Shown piece by piece: positions 13,998-26,290 of a stretch of DNA of 64,000 nucleotides. How positions within the stretch are numbered: position 1 is the first letter of the stretch; the number at the start of each line of letters is the position of its first letter. The stretch spans positions 95,389,184 to 95,453,183 of the forward strand of contig NC_057719.1 of assembly GCF_004010195.1 (NCBI RefSeq). The letters are read 5' to 3'. Under the pieces are notes generated by a model. It saw only the letters and a list, made by a program, of their open reading frames with translations. It searched no databases and was not told the DNA's origin. This DNA comes from Chiloscyllium plagiosum. Its lineage: Eukaryota. Made by a program: the position numbers and the translations under genes.

Positions 13998-14408
13998 GTA
14001 AACTGGGTAATAAGCTCAGATCAGTGTAAAAGGATATGGCATTCAGGAGGAGCTAGTGAATGCTGGAACAGCACAGCAGGTCAGGCAGCATCTAGGGAAC
14101 AGAAGATTCGACGTTTCGGGCACATGCCCTTCTTCAGGAATGAGCAGAGAGTGTTCAGCAGGAGAAGATAAAAGGTAGGGAGGAGGGACTTGGAGGAGGG
14201 GAGTTGGAAGTGGAGGAGATGCGGTGGAGGGCACCGTCGACCACGTCGCCTTCCTGACCTGCAGTCTTCTTGTTGACCTCTCCGCCTCCATCCTACTCCG
14301 ACCTATCACCCTCACCTTGACCTCTTTCCACCTATCACATTTCCAACGCCCCTCCTCCAAGTCCCTCCTCCCTACCTTTTATCTTCTCCTGCTGAACACT
14401 CTCTGCTC

Positions 14409-14444
14409 ATTCCTGAAGAAGGGCCTGTGCCCGAAACGTCGAAT
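14409..14444 (+). ncRNA. Putative minimal hammerhead ribozyme in the inverted PLE arm (opposite-strand copy at 14106-14141)
   Basis: ATTC CTGAAGA A GGGC CTGT GCCC GAAAC GTC GAAT; predicted cleavage after C14440. Confidence 0.7.
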
Positions 14445-14751
14445 CTCCTGTTCCCTGGATGCTGCCTGACCTGCTGTGCTGTTCCAGCAATAAAGTTTCA
14501 ACTCCATAACCCTTCATACAACCTTGTTTTTATTACGTGTCAAAGTGAGATTCCATCTTTTCAAATTGAAGTTGAGGAATTTTCCTTGGAGTGTACAGGC
14601 ACATGGGCTCAGCATCATTTTGTGGAGTAATCTAGTACTCCTGTTTTATTTTACCTGAGGCTCTAAAACACGTTGCAAATTCTTGTCAAACATTTCTCTC
14701 ATTCTCACATTACTTCAGCTCCCTCTAAAAAGTCTAGCCAAATGCAAGCAT

Positions 14752-15080
14752 GGGCAGCATGGTGGCTCAGTGATTAGCATTGCTACCTCATAGTACCAGG
14801 GACCTGGGTTTGATTCCAGCCTTGGGTAACTGTGTGGAGTTTGCACATTCTCCCCATGTCAATGTGGGTTTCCTTCCACAATCCAAAGATGTGCAGGTTA
14901 GGTGAATTGGCCATGCTAAATTTCCCATAGTGTTCAGGGATATGTAGGTTAGGTGCATTAGTCAGGGGTAAATGTTAAGTAATAGGATAGGGGATTGGGT
15001 TTGGGTGGGATCCTCTTTGGAAGGTCAGTGTGGGCTTGTTGGGCCAAAGGGCCTATTTCCTCACTGTAGGGATTCTATGA
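14752..15080 (+). mobile_element. HE1-type V-SINE (tRNA head, V domain, CR1-derived tail)
   Basis: A-box TGGCTCAGTGA, B-box GGTTTGATTCC, V domain GTGTGGAGTTTGCACATTCTCCCC and tail GGGCCAAAGGGCCT..ATTCTATGA. Confidence 0.88.
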
Positions 15081-15147
15081 TTTGTATTTATTTGTGAGGA
15101 ATTCTGATTTTTAAGTGTGTAGAGTGTCTCATTGTCTGAAAAAAGAA

Positions 15148-15273
15148 GAAAGAACTGTCGTATGCTGTAAATCAGAAACAAAAACAAATTGCTGGAAAAG
15201 CTCAGCAGGTCTAGCAGCATCTGTGGAGAGAAATCAGAGTTAATGTTTTAGTTCAAGTAACCTTTCCTCAGAA
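15148..15273 (-). mobile_element. Older PLE-terminus-like fragment with decayed hammerhead motif
   Basis: Shares TGCTGGAAAAGCTCAGCAGGTC..GCAGCATC with the PLE termini; minus strand reads CTGAGGAAAGGTTACTTGAACTAAAACATTAAC. Confidence 0.55.
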
Positions 15274-15319
15274 TCATTGATTGTCCTTCTTTGTAATTGA
15301 ATTTTGTGATGATTTGACC

Positions 15320-16503
15320 ACAAATGTTACTAGACAAGTTGATGAGGGTCGAGCGGTGGATGTTGTGTATATGGACTTCAGTAAGGCACCCATGGTAGGC
15401 TCGTTCAGAAGGTCAGGAGGAATGGGATACAGGGAAATTTAGCTGTTTGGATAATGAATTGGCTGGTTGACAGAAGACAGCAAGTGGTAGTGGAAGGAAA
15501 ATATTCTGCCTGAAGTCAGTGGTGAGTGGTGTTCCACAGGGCTCTGTCCTTGGGCCTCTACTGTTTGTAATTTTTATTAATGACTTGGATGAGGAGATTG
15601 AAGGATGGGTTTATAAGTTTGCAGACGACACAAAGGTTGGAGGTGTCGTTGACAGTATAGAGGGCTGTTGTAGGCTGCAGCGGGACATTGACAGGATGCA
15701 GAGATAGGTTGAAAGGTGTCAGATGGAGATTAACCTGGATAAATGCAAAGTGATGCATTTTGGAAATTGAAAGTTGAGTATAGGATTAAAGACAGGATTT
15801 TTGGCAGTGTGGAGGAACAGAGGGGGTGTACAGGTACATAGATCCCTAAAAATGGCCACCCAAGTGGTCAGGGTTGTTAAGAAAGCTTATGGTGTTTTGG
15901 CTTTTATTAACAGAGGGATTGAGTTTAAGAGTCGTGAGATCTTGCTGCAACTCTGTAAAACTTTGGTTAGACTGCACTTGGAATACTGTGTCCAGTTTTG
16001 GTCGCCCTATTATAGGAAAGATGTGGATGCTTTGGAGAAGGTTAAGAGGATGTTTACCAGGATGCTGCCTGGAATGGAGGGCTTATATTACGAAGAGAGG
16101 TTGACTGAGCTCGGACTTTTTTCATTGGAAAAAAGAAGGAAGAGAGGGGACCTAATTGAGGTATACAAGATAATGAGAGGCATAGATAGAGTTGATAGCC
16201 AGAGACTTTTTTCCAAGGCAGAAATTGTCAACACGAGGGGTCATAGTTTTAAGCTGTTTGGCGGAAAGTATAGAGGGGATGTCAGGGGCGGGTTCTTTAC
16301 TCAGAGAGTTGTGAGGGCATGCCAGCAGCAGCCGTGGAAGCGAAGTCAGTGGGGATATTTAAGTGACTGCTGGACATGTATATGGTCACAGAAATTTGAG
16401 AGTTCGTACACTAGGTTTACCTCACATGAGGATCAATGGTCGGCACAACATCGTGGGCTGAAGGGCCTGTTCTGTGCTGTACTGTTCTATGTTCTATGTT
16501 CTA
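15320..16503 (+). mobile_element. 5'-truncated CR1 LINE (RT to 3' tail)
   Basis: [21 protein letters not shown] and [10 protein letters not shown] motifs with an in-frame stop and frameshifts; TTCTATG tail. Confidence 0.93.
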
Positions 16504-16640
16504 AATGTGAAAATCTGTTGCTCATAGACCTTTGGAATTTTATATTTACAGACTTCAACCATGGCAAGCTGTCAGCCACTATTGAAACAGCTGCCTCACC
16601 TCACATTTACTTTTTGTTTCTAATCCTTGTCATTTAATTT

Positions 16641-16904
16641 GGGGCAGCATGGTGGCTCAGTGGTTAGCAGTACAGTCTCTCGGTGCCAGGGACCCAGGTT
16701 CGGTTCTAGCCTCTTGCAACAGTCTGTGTGGAGTTTGCACATTCTCCCTGTGTCTGTGTGGGTTTCTTCCCACAGTCCAACGCTGTGCAGGTTAGATGGT
16801 TTGGCCATGCTAAATTGCCCATAAGGTTACAGGATAGGGCAGCCCGGGTCAGTGTTAGTTTGATGGGCCAAATGACCTACTTCTACACTGTAGGGATTCT
16901 ATGA
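16641..16904 (+). mobile_element. HE1-type V-SINE
   Basis: tRNA-like head, V domain and tail; short TTAATTTG duplication at the flanks. Confidence 0.85.
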
Positions 16905-19900
16905 TTAATTTGATTGTCCAAAATTTCTGTTGACTCTCTTTGACCTCATGCAGTCATAATGTCTCAGTTTTTCTTTGTTCTTGGGACTTTGTTTCCTTGT
17001 GACTTCTTTACTGTAACCAGTCAGGTCAAGGAGGGGCTCCTGCACAGAGACCCCCAGCCTTTAAGCCTAGGCCCAGTATAAAGGACACCAGAGGCTAGGC
17101 AGCAAAGCAGAAAGCAGGATCCCTCAAGTTCAGCAGTGGCTTCCACTGTGGCACTGAGATATAGCAATAGTAAAACAAAGACTATAGAACACTGAAGCTG
17201 CTTTTGCTGCTTCTTACAGCACTATATCTGAACTGGATACAACAATAATCCTCTGGTCTGTTTTAATCTGTTGAGACCTCTGACTGCTCCAGTTTTCTTT
17301 GATGACTATCCTGAGGGATGATGATGATTCCAGACACTCCGAGGTGGATCAGTACGAATAGTGTTGAGGCTATAATTTGCTGATGTACTCTGAGGGAGTA
17401 AAACTTCTGGCGAGCAGGAGGGTAATCTACATGGGGGTTGGGTTTCAGCAGCCAATCAGAATAGTGCAGCCCCACTACCACTCCCAACCATGGATTAATG
17501 TCTTTTGCAAATAATCGGTTCGAGTCAAAAACACACAGCGTGATACAAGTCTGCAGAGCACTACGTGAGAACTCCAGCCAAGAAACAAAATGGAAGGTTA
17601 GTGTGGATAAGAAAACCAATTCAGACATAATCAGTGTCAAACGTATCTTAATGTTTCACGTTTCTGAAGCAAGAATTCCCTTGAAAACAGGAATATCTCT
17701 GCACCACAATTGGTTAATAGGTATGAATGGTTCAGATGTTGATACAAAGTCATTTGATTACAAATCGAGCTGGCATTAGATTCTCTCAGGCTAGTTTGTC
17801 TTTTCTCACTAGTGCTTCCTCAGATTCCCCTTATTCTTCACCTGAAGATCGAGATGGTTGGTGCACCTCCCACCCAATCATATTCTCCTATCCACTGTTC
17901 TAAAAACTCCAGATGGACCTGGAAGATTCTGTCCAACTGATGTTTGTTATCTGTACTCTGGGTTGGGTGCCTCAGATCCTTCTCAAAATCATTCTTAGTG
18001 AGTCAAATTGTTTCTTTACTGTAGTTCAAATGGTGGGAAGCTCAGAGAGATTGGGGTTGTGCACTTTGGCTTTGATCTTAGTGCTGCCCATAAGCGCTGA
18101 CTTTATTGCTTCGCAATTGAGATCTGTAGCTTCACCAAGTTGTTTATCTCATTCTAAAGTTCCCTTGCATTAAACCTACCATGCTCTCTCATTTAATATG
18201 CATTAAGTCGGAGTTGGTTTCCAGAATGGATGGAAGTGCAGCAATGAGGGATTTACCAATCCATTAGCTTACAAATGTGGTGATGTACAACTTTTGCTGC
18301 TGATGGCTACAATGCTGTAGATTACTCCAATTTGGTGTTCAACATTTGTCCCAAATATGTCCCAGATGTGTCCCACTCAGCACCAGGGTTGCACCACAAA
18401 ATACATGGGAGGATGTTCTAACTTTGAAGATGAGTCTCTATCTTCACAATACAATGATGGACAGATATATCTGCAATAGCTGACTTCAGATCGTAAAACT
18501 CCATCAGAAATGGATCCTTCATTATCTGACTCAGGCCATTCTGGCAGTTACGTTCCTTGGGACTTGGCCAACCAGATTATTAATGGCACTACTGAGTCAT
18601 CTGGGTTGCGGTCATTCATAACACCAGCTAGAGCAAATTCTAAACCTTTTTTATGAAGCCATATAAAAATTGCTATTTTCAAAATTAGTATTTTGACACC
18701 AATTACTGAAGTGTCAATGGACTGTAATTAAAATCAATAAAATATTTCAGCTCCTTGACACTCAGACCTTAAATATATAATCTTTTTTTATTTTCAATAG
18801 CATTAAATTTTAAAATTCTATTTATTAGCATGGTCTGTCATTAGTGTTACCTTGAGAATGAACTTGCATTTACATGGCAATTTTAATGTTCCATAGTGCT
18901 TCAGGCTTCCAACCAACACAAGTAGCCAAGTTAGAAACTCAAAACATTTTCACTGGCCAATTGTTGCTGGCAAAGCCATTATTTAGCATTCGTCCCTGAT
19001 AAAAGTAGGTGGTAGAATTCTCTCTTGATTTGCTCCTGCTTGTTTGAAGGCACTCCCACGATGCTGTTGGCTAGGGAGCTCTTGTTATTTTCTATAGTAG
19101 CTGAATAACCCCTGATCACCTGCAAAACCACATCAAAGGGCAGTTAAGAGTCAGCTGTAATGATGAGAGATTAAAACAAATAAACCTACTGGAAATATTC
19201 AGCAGATTATGGCAGCATCTGACGAGAGAAATGGGGTTAACATTTCAGGTCCATCAGAACTGGGAATATTTCGAAATATAATTGGTTTTGAGCAAGAGGT
19301 GGGTGTGGTACATCAAGAGGTGTGTGGGAGGATGAAAGATGGGAGAGAGTGAACGACAGAAAGAGTTAATCTTCCAGGGCCAAAACAAAATGGCTATGTG
19401 CCAAGAGAAGAACAAAGCATGTTACAAACAACAACCAACATATCTAAAAACGGCAAAAGAAACAGAGAGAAACTGAAAAATGTGGAAAGGAAATAAAATG
19501 GCACAACAATTGCCGTTGGACTCAAAGTTGAGTCGTGAAGGCTGAAAGTGGCACCATGCTGCGGGATTGGGTTCAAAAAGAAACAGCTCAGCATGAAACG
19601 TTTCCTTTCCTCAAGGCCAATCTGACAGCATCATGGTCATTCAGTTGGATAAGAGCTTTTTAAAATTATTTTCAGATATTTAAAAAAAACTGAATTCAAA
19701 TCCTCAAACTATAACACTGGGTTTTGAATTTCCCCAAACTATTCGACTAAGAGTTTGGATTACTACTTAAAGAAAAAAGACATTTCAGAAAATGGTATAT
19801 GTTAAAGGTTGCAGCAATTTAACCGCTGTGTTGGTCAGAGCTTGTTACAGTCTGTTGATAGCATCAGCTTAACTTCATGGTCAGCTAGTGTGCTATTCCC

Positions 19901-21716
19901 TACTACCTTATAGCTTTTGTTTAAATGACTCAGATTTCAATCCTTCAAGTTTCTTAGGTTTGAATCCAAGCCTAAAAGTTTTAAATCTGCAACTGCATGT
20001 TAAACTTGACTCATAAATTTATCTTATTAAGTGTTCGTCTCAATTCTAAATATCCAGACATGTAAACATCAAATATATTATGAAGTTTTAAGGCAGACTA
20101 AAACTACAGTAGACTGTAGAGCAAGGACACTGAAAGGAAGCTATCTGCCTATTACAGAAGGGAACAGGCAGTATGAAATGAAATGTCACTGTGACATCGT
20201 GTCACATTACTCATGTTACTAGATCAATGTCACGTGATAGTTGTGAGCTTCTTCATAATTCTATAGTTAGGAAAATATTTCTTTGGACTTCTGGTTTAAA
20301 CTGGAATTTTTTTTTACAGTTCCACGCTCTGCCTCCCCCATTCCTTTATGCATATTGAAGGTCAACAGAATGAATTTCTAATCATACTTAAATGAACAAC
20401 AAATGTGTAATCCTGTGTATGTGTTGAAAATGCTTTGTCTTCATTTTCATGTTTATCCACACAACAGATGTCTGCAACAATTGTTTATAATGTGTTCTTT
20501 TATCAATGTAATCCATTTGATACGCACAGAGCCCATCCACAATAAATAAATATAATACTTGTTCTTTACCAATTTTAAAGCAATCCATGCAGTAAGATTC
20601 TTCAGCTTGTCATGTACATTGAGTTCGTATCAAGGTAACAAGTCTGATACCTTTAGAATAACTGTTATGATGTCATTCTCTTCATCATCATTTGTGTGAT
20701 TAAAAACTGGAGTTTGTTTTATTTTTATGAAGTTAACTGAGTGTTATAATATTTTCGTTTTGAAGCACATTCATGATTTTGAAGGTTTTCTAAACGTCTT
20801 TGTTGCGAGATAACAGAGTTGATTGGCCTCAGCTTTGATGCCAGGAATGAACAGTCTCTGGACTCAAAAGCAGCTGCAGTAGTTCTCACACTGAATCCCC
20901 GAGTTTCCAGAAGATAGCCTCCCTTGACTGGAGGAAAGTAAGATTAGTTTGACAGGTAAAAAAAAACAGAGAAGCTTTCTGCCAAAACTCTGACCCACAA
21001 ACAAATTTACCATGAATTCTCTCTGAGTCCACTGGCAATCCACCAGCTGAACATTTGCCCTACCACATTGAAAGGAATCAGGGGTCATGACCAAACACTT
21101 TGTCATGGGGCATGGCCCATCGTGAATCACCAGGAGTAGAAACCTAAACCGATTCCTAAATCTACATTTGAGAAGGGTTCAGGAAGGTGAAAGGTCATGC
21201 TGGAATGTAACAGTGAACATCAGCTGGGCTGGATGCTGCTTTTACTATTTTGAAGTGGACTGTTTTTAGATATTTTTTGAAAAATATTGAGAATGTAAAG
21301 ACACTTTGCCTGATAAAGCAATGGATTTCTCACTCTCTTCCTTGATTCTGTTTATCCTGAGTTTTGAGAAGAAGGGTAAGGACTGGAAGTGGGAGAGAAT
21401 GAAAATCAAGAAAGGTAACAGCAGCTGCATAAGTACAAACATCGGACCCACAGCAATCTATACCTGAATACCAAAACACCATAAAAGACCGAGCCAGCAT
21501 TTTATTTCCTTCTGTTTGTTATCATGATATCAATAGTTGAACATCACTTCCAACATCATTCCATAAGCAGACCTGTTTGTAATGTCAGTGAATTTGACAA
21601 CAGTTTTTGGACACCCTTGGGTGACGTTAGTCATAGCAATCACTAAACAGTTTATTGTTTCATTAGACATGTCACTGATGCCCTGAAAATCATTCAGTAT
21701 TCCAGCAACAGAGCAA

Positions 21717-22105
21717 CACAGAGAGAGAGAGAAGCAGAATTTGTGTGTGTGTGTGTGACAGAGAGAGAGAGGGAGAGAGACAGAGAGAGAAAGAAAGAAA
21801 GATGGAGAGGGTGAAAGAGACAGAAAGTAATAGATAGAGAAAGAGAGAGAGATGAAGACAGCCAGAGAGACAAAGAGGAGAGAAAAATGTAGAAAGAGAG
21901 ATATAGAGTATGTGAGGCGGAGAGTGTGAGAGAGCAAAACGGAAAGAGAGAAGTGGAGGGGCAGAGATAAAAAGAGAGAGAGAGACAGATAGAGAGAAAT
22001 AACAGAGACAACCAGAGAGAGAAAGTGGGAGATAGAGAGAGAGAGAAGAAAAGTTAAAGAGAGAGAAACAGAGAGATGGAGAGAGAGAGAGTTGGAGAGA
22101 GGAGA
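21717..22105. repeat. Purine-rich degenerate (GA)n tract with a short (GT)n microsatellite
   Basis: About 390 bp, almost entirely A/G on the + strand. Confidence 0.95.
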
Positions 22106-22849
22106 TCCACACAATTTTCTTTCATGTGGCTCATTCCCCCGAATATGATCAGAAGCAGCCAGTCCTTGATTCAAGGATGATGCCTCCACAGCTTTAGGAG
22201 TTTCTCCTGCACATCTTCATGTGATCAAAAAGATAAATTCTCAACCAATAAATGTTTAGTCACATGAGACAGGGTGTCCAAGTGCACTTTTTCTTCTTTA
22301 TCTGCCACAGCTCTACCTCATCTTTATGACATTGTAACTAAAACATGGTGCAGTTTAACAAACAAGTAGTCACTATTTTGAGGTGTTAGTAGCAAATGAT
22401 TCCAAGACATTAATGTTGTGTGCTGCATCCCTTCAAGAAGATATTTAGAGTGTTACTGTCATGTTCTCTTTGTTAGACTCTGGGAGGTTGGACATTTGAG
22501 AGCGTTAAAAAGATATGATTGACAGAGGGACATTTTTCAGTCATGCAGGCACAATGTCAGTCAAAACTGGTTTTGGAGAAATATTGTGTGAATATTTGTG
22601 GAGCTGGTCTCAGGGAGGACATAAGTGTTTTGTAAAACAGACCACCTGCTAAAGCTGAAGGATGCGGTGGAGGCATTGGTGATGGAATTTCCCAAGCACT
22701 CTGGTGTGTTGGTAATACACTGCCCAGCATCACTGCCATGACGTACATTGACCTCCAGAGGGTTATACTATCTGACACTGGCTGCTTTGAAGCAATAAAG
22801 CTTTCAGCATGCAATGGTGAATGAGGGGACACCACCCACCTGACCATAA

Positions 22850-23897
22850 AGCTTGGCAGATGGAAAATGTGAGGTTATACATTTTAGCTGGACAAATCAC
22901 AAATGGATGAATCACAAATGCGGACTATTATTTAAATGAAGAGAGGCTCCAAAAAAATTGTAGCAGAGAGGAATCTGGGTGTTCTTGTGAATGAAGCACA
23001 AAAATTATCATGCAGGTGCAGAAATGATGAAGACAACAAGTGAAATGTTAGTCTTTACCAGTAGCAAGTTCAAGTTTAAAAACAGGGATGTCTTATTATA
23101 ACTGTACAGGGTGTTGGTGAGGTCACATACTGTACAACTTTAGTCCCTGTATTTAGAAGAGGATTTACTGGCATTGGGGTAGTTTAACGGAGATTCACTG
23201 GGCCTAATCCTGTAATGGTAAAAACAATGACTGCAGATGCTGGAAACCAGCAATGAACAACTTCACTTTCCAGAACTTCTAAACAGGTTAGTCCATTATT
23301 TATTAGAGTTTAGAAGGATGAGGAATGATCTGACTGAAACATCAAAGATTCTGAGTGAGCATTGACAGTGGAGCTGTTGACAAAATGTTTCCACATTTCT
23401 TGATTTCTTGAAGTAGGGGACATAGAACATAGAACATAGAAGAATACAGCGCAGTACAGGCCCTACATCAAAGATTCTGAGTGAGCATTGACAGTGGAGC
23501 TGTTGACAAAATGTTTCCACATTTCTTGATTTCTTGAAGTAGGGGACATTTATTTAAAACTGAGATATAATGGAATTTCATCTCCTACAGAGTGGTAAAT
23601 ATCAGGAATTCTCCATCAGAGAGTTATAGATGCTAGATCACTGAAATATTTAAAGAGAGAGATAGATTTCTGAAATATTGAGGAATTAAGGACTAGGAAA
23701 AGCTGAAACTTTATTGCTGGAACAGCACAGCAGGTCAGGCAGCATCCAGGGAACAGGAGATTCGACGTTTCAGGCACAGGCCAAGCTGTCAAGAAAGAGG
23801 AGTTGAGATCTGGGCCAGCTCAGCTATCATCTCGCTGAATGGTGGGGCAGGTTTGAGGGGATTAATGTCCTACTCTTGGTATTTCTTATGTTCTTAG
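22850..23897 (+). mobile_element. Degraded CR1 3' region containing small secondary insertions (PLE fragments at about 23218-23250 and 23703-23782; CR1 tail at 23424-23464)
   Basis: Remnant similarity to CR1 ORF2 end; ends in TTCTTATGTTCTTA. Confidence 0.7.
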
Positions 23898-24435
23898 GAG
23901 GTTGAATTGCACACAACAACTGGAGCTACGGCACCTTAACTCAACTTGGAATAAAAAGCAAATATCAGTAATGGTGACTGCAAAACTGTTGGATTATGTA
24001 AAAGCCCATCTGCTACATTCAAATCTATTTGAAGGAAATATTTTATTTTCTTCTGCTCTGGTCCATTTCTAACCAGAATCATAAGGATCTAACAATTCCC
24101 AGAAGGTACTGTGAGTCATCAGTATCAACAAAACTGCGTTCAATTATAATCTGCAGTGTCACAGCCTGACATATCCATAACTCTACTGTTACTGTCAAGT
24201 GGGGGAAAACAATGAGAAATATACCAAGGAGTACAACATTTACCAGGAGTACAGCAATATGAAGTGCTCAACTGCTGAAGCTACAACGCTGGATCATGTG
24301 TCTACAAAATGGCAGAAGTTATGTTTGAGCTCATTCACTTCTGTCTGCTTTTCTTTATAGTTTTCTTTATCTTTGCTTTTGTCTTATCTTTTTTTCTCTT
24401 TTCTTTAAAGTCTTATTGCTTCAGTAAGGTACTGG

Positions 24436-25745
24436 TGACAGGCCCTGCCCGAGCAGATTCCAGGATCCAGTGAGGGATCCGGAGATCAGAGGCTGTGAGC
24501 AGCCCCAGCCCGAGCAGATTCCAGGATCCAGTGAGGGATCCGGAGATCAGAGGCTGTGAGCAGGCCCTGCCTGAGCAGATTTCAGGATCCAGTGAGGGAT
24601 CCGGAGATCAGAGGCTGTGAGCAGGCACTGCCCGAGCAGTTTCCTGGATCCAGTGAGGGATCCGGAGATCAGAGGCTGTGAGCAGGCCCTGCCCGAGCAG
24701 ATTCCAGGATCCAGTGAGGGATCCAATGCTTAGAGGCTGTGAGCAGGCCCTGCCCGAGCAGATTCCTGGATCCAGTGAGGGATCCGGAGATCAGAGGCTG
24801 TGAGCAGACCCTATCTGAGCAGATACCTGGATCCAGTGAGGGATCCAGTGATCAGAGGCTGTGAGCAGGCCCTATCTGAGCAGATTCCTGAATCCAGTGA
24901 GGGATCCGGAGATCAGAGGCTGTTAGCAGGCCCTATCCGAGCAGATTCCTGGATCCAGTGAGGGATCCGGAGATCAGAGGCTGTGAGCAGGCCCTATCCG
25001 AGCAGATTCCTGGATCCAGTGAGGGATCAGTGATCAGAGGCTGTGAGCAGGCCCTATCTGAGCAGATTCCAGGATCCAGTGAGGGATCCAATGCTTAGAG
25101 GCTGTGAGCAGGCCCTATCTGAGCAGAGTCCTGGATCCAGTGAGGGATCCGGAGATCAGAGGCTGTGAGCAGGCCCTGCCCGAGCAGATTCCAGGATCCA
25201 GTGAGGGATCCGGAGATCAGAGGCTGTGAGCAGCCCCTGCCCGAGCAGATTCCAGGATCCAGTGAGGGATCCGGAGATCAGAAGCTGTGAGCAGCCCCAG
25301 CCCGAGCAGATTCCAGGATCCAGTGAGGGATCCGGAGATCAGAGGCTGTGAGCAGGCCCTGCCTGAGCAGTTTCCTGGATCCAGTGAGGGATCTGGAGAT
25401 CAGAGGCTGTGAGCAGGCCCTGCCCGAGCAGATTCCAGGATCCAGTGAGGGATCCAATGCTTAGAGGCTGTGAGCAGGCCCTATCTGAGCAGATTCCTGG
25501 ATCCAGTGAGGGATCCAGTGATCAGAGGCTGTGAGCAGGCCCTATCTGAGCAGATTCCTGGATCCAGTGAGGGATCCGGAGATCAGAGGCTGTGAGCAGG
25601 CCCTATCCGAGCAGATTCCTGGATCCAGTGAGGGATCCGGTGATCAGAGGCTGTGAGCAGGACTATCCAAGCAGGTTTGCGGATCCAGTGAGGGATCCAG
25701 TGATTGGAGGCTCTGAGCGTGCCCTGCCCAAGCATGTTGCAGGAT
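24436..25745. repeat. 61-bp minisatellite, about 21 copies
   Basis: Unit GTGAGCAGGCCCTGCCCGAGCAGATTCCAGGATCCAGTGAGGGATCCGGAGATCAGAGGCT; equivalent GGATCC sites at 24463 and 24524. Confidence 0.97.
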
Positions 25746-26024
25746 CTAGCTTCAGCACTGGTAGTTATAGAGTCAGAGACAGTGGCAGGACATCAGAGGG
25801 TGTTAGAGTCAGAGGCACAAAGCACCCAGCTCCTCCTGAGACTCCAGGCTGTGGCTTGGCCCAGTACCTGCATAGAGATAAGACTGAAACATAACTTTAA
25901 TGTCTGGATGTTTCTCATTCCTTTTGGTTCTGTTTCCTTTATTTTGCCTTTTTAAAAAAAATTCCAGTTTTGTAAACAAGAGTGGATGAATGGCGCTACA
26001 GAATAATCACTTTGTACACTTTTC

Positions 26025-26290
26025 CCAAACTAAACAATCCCACCTGCCTGCTCCTGGCCCATATCCCTCCAAACCTTTCCTATTCATGAACTTATCCAAA
26101 TGTCTTTAAATGTTGTAACTGTACCTGTATCCACCACTTCCTCTGGCAGCTCATTCCTCATATGACCTACGCTCTGTGTGAAAACGTTGTCCTTCATGTC
26201 CTTATTAAATTTTGCTCCTCTCACCTTAAAAATATGCCTCCTAGTTTTGAACTTCCCCACCATGGGGAACAGACTGTTGTTATTCACTCT
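26025..26290 (-). mobile_element. CR1 3' fragment
   Basis: Translation FPMVGKFKTRRHIFKVRG..NELPEEVV matches the CR1 ORF2 C-terminus. Confidence 0.75.

Larger units (their letters stand above)
12808..14502. mobile_element. Composite Penelope-like insertion: three tandem terminal-repeat units, enclosed foreign DNA and an inverted terminal repeat
   Basis: 14-bp TSD TCCATAACCCTTCA at 12794-12807 and 14503-14516. Units start at 12809, 13045 and 13269; the inverted arm spans 14248-14502. Confidence 0.85.
14503..17000 (-). mobile_element. Gypsy pol relic, protease/RT-linker fragments (about 14503-14750, 15081-15310, 16504-16640 and 16905-17000) between later insertions
   Basis: Fragments translate to DAEPMCLYTPRKIP, ETLYTLKNQ, GEAAVSIVADSLPWL (degenerate protease motif) and FWTIKL/KLNDK. 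Confidence 0.6.

Noticed and set aside
14752..14825. tRNA gene (A and B boxes)
   Set aside because: It is the tRNA-derived head of a SINE; the same applies to the other SINE heads.
15774..16637. 287-aa ORF as a host gene
   Set aside because: It is a CR1 ORF2 fragment reading through the 3' UTR into flanking DNA.
17263..17779. Overlapping 125-aa and 93-aa ORFs with a CCAAT box
   Set aside because: No recognisable protein family or consistent exon structure.
21530..22189. 219-aa hydrophobic ORF resembling a membrane protein
   Set aside because: Artefact of translating the (TC)n strand of the GA tract.
24436..25745. CRISPR-like array of hairpin repeats
   Set aside because: No unique spacers, no cas genes, and a vertebrate context; it is a plain tandem repeat.
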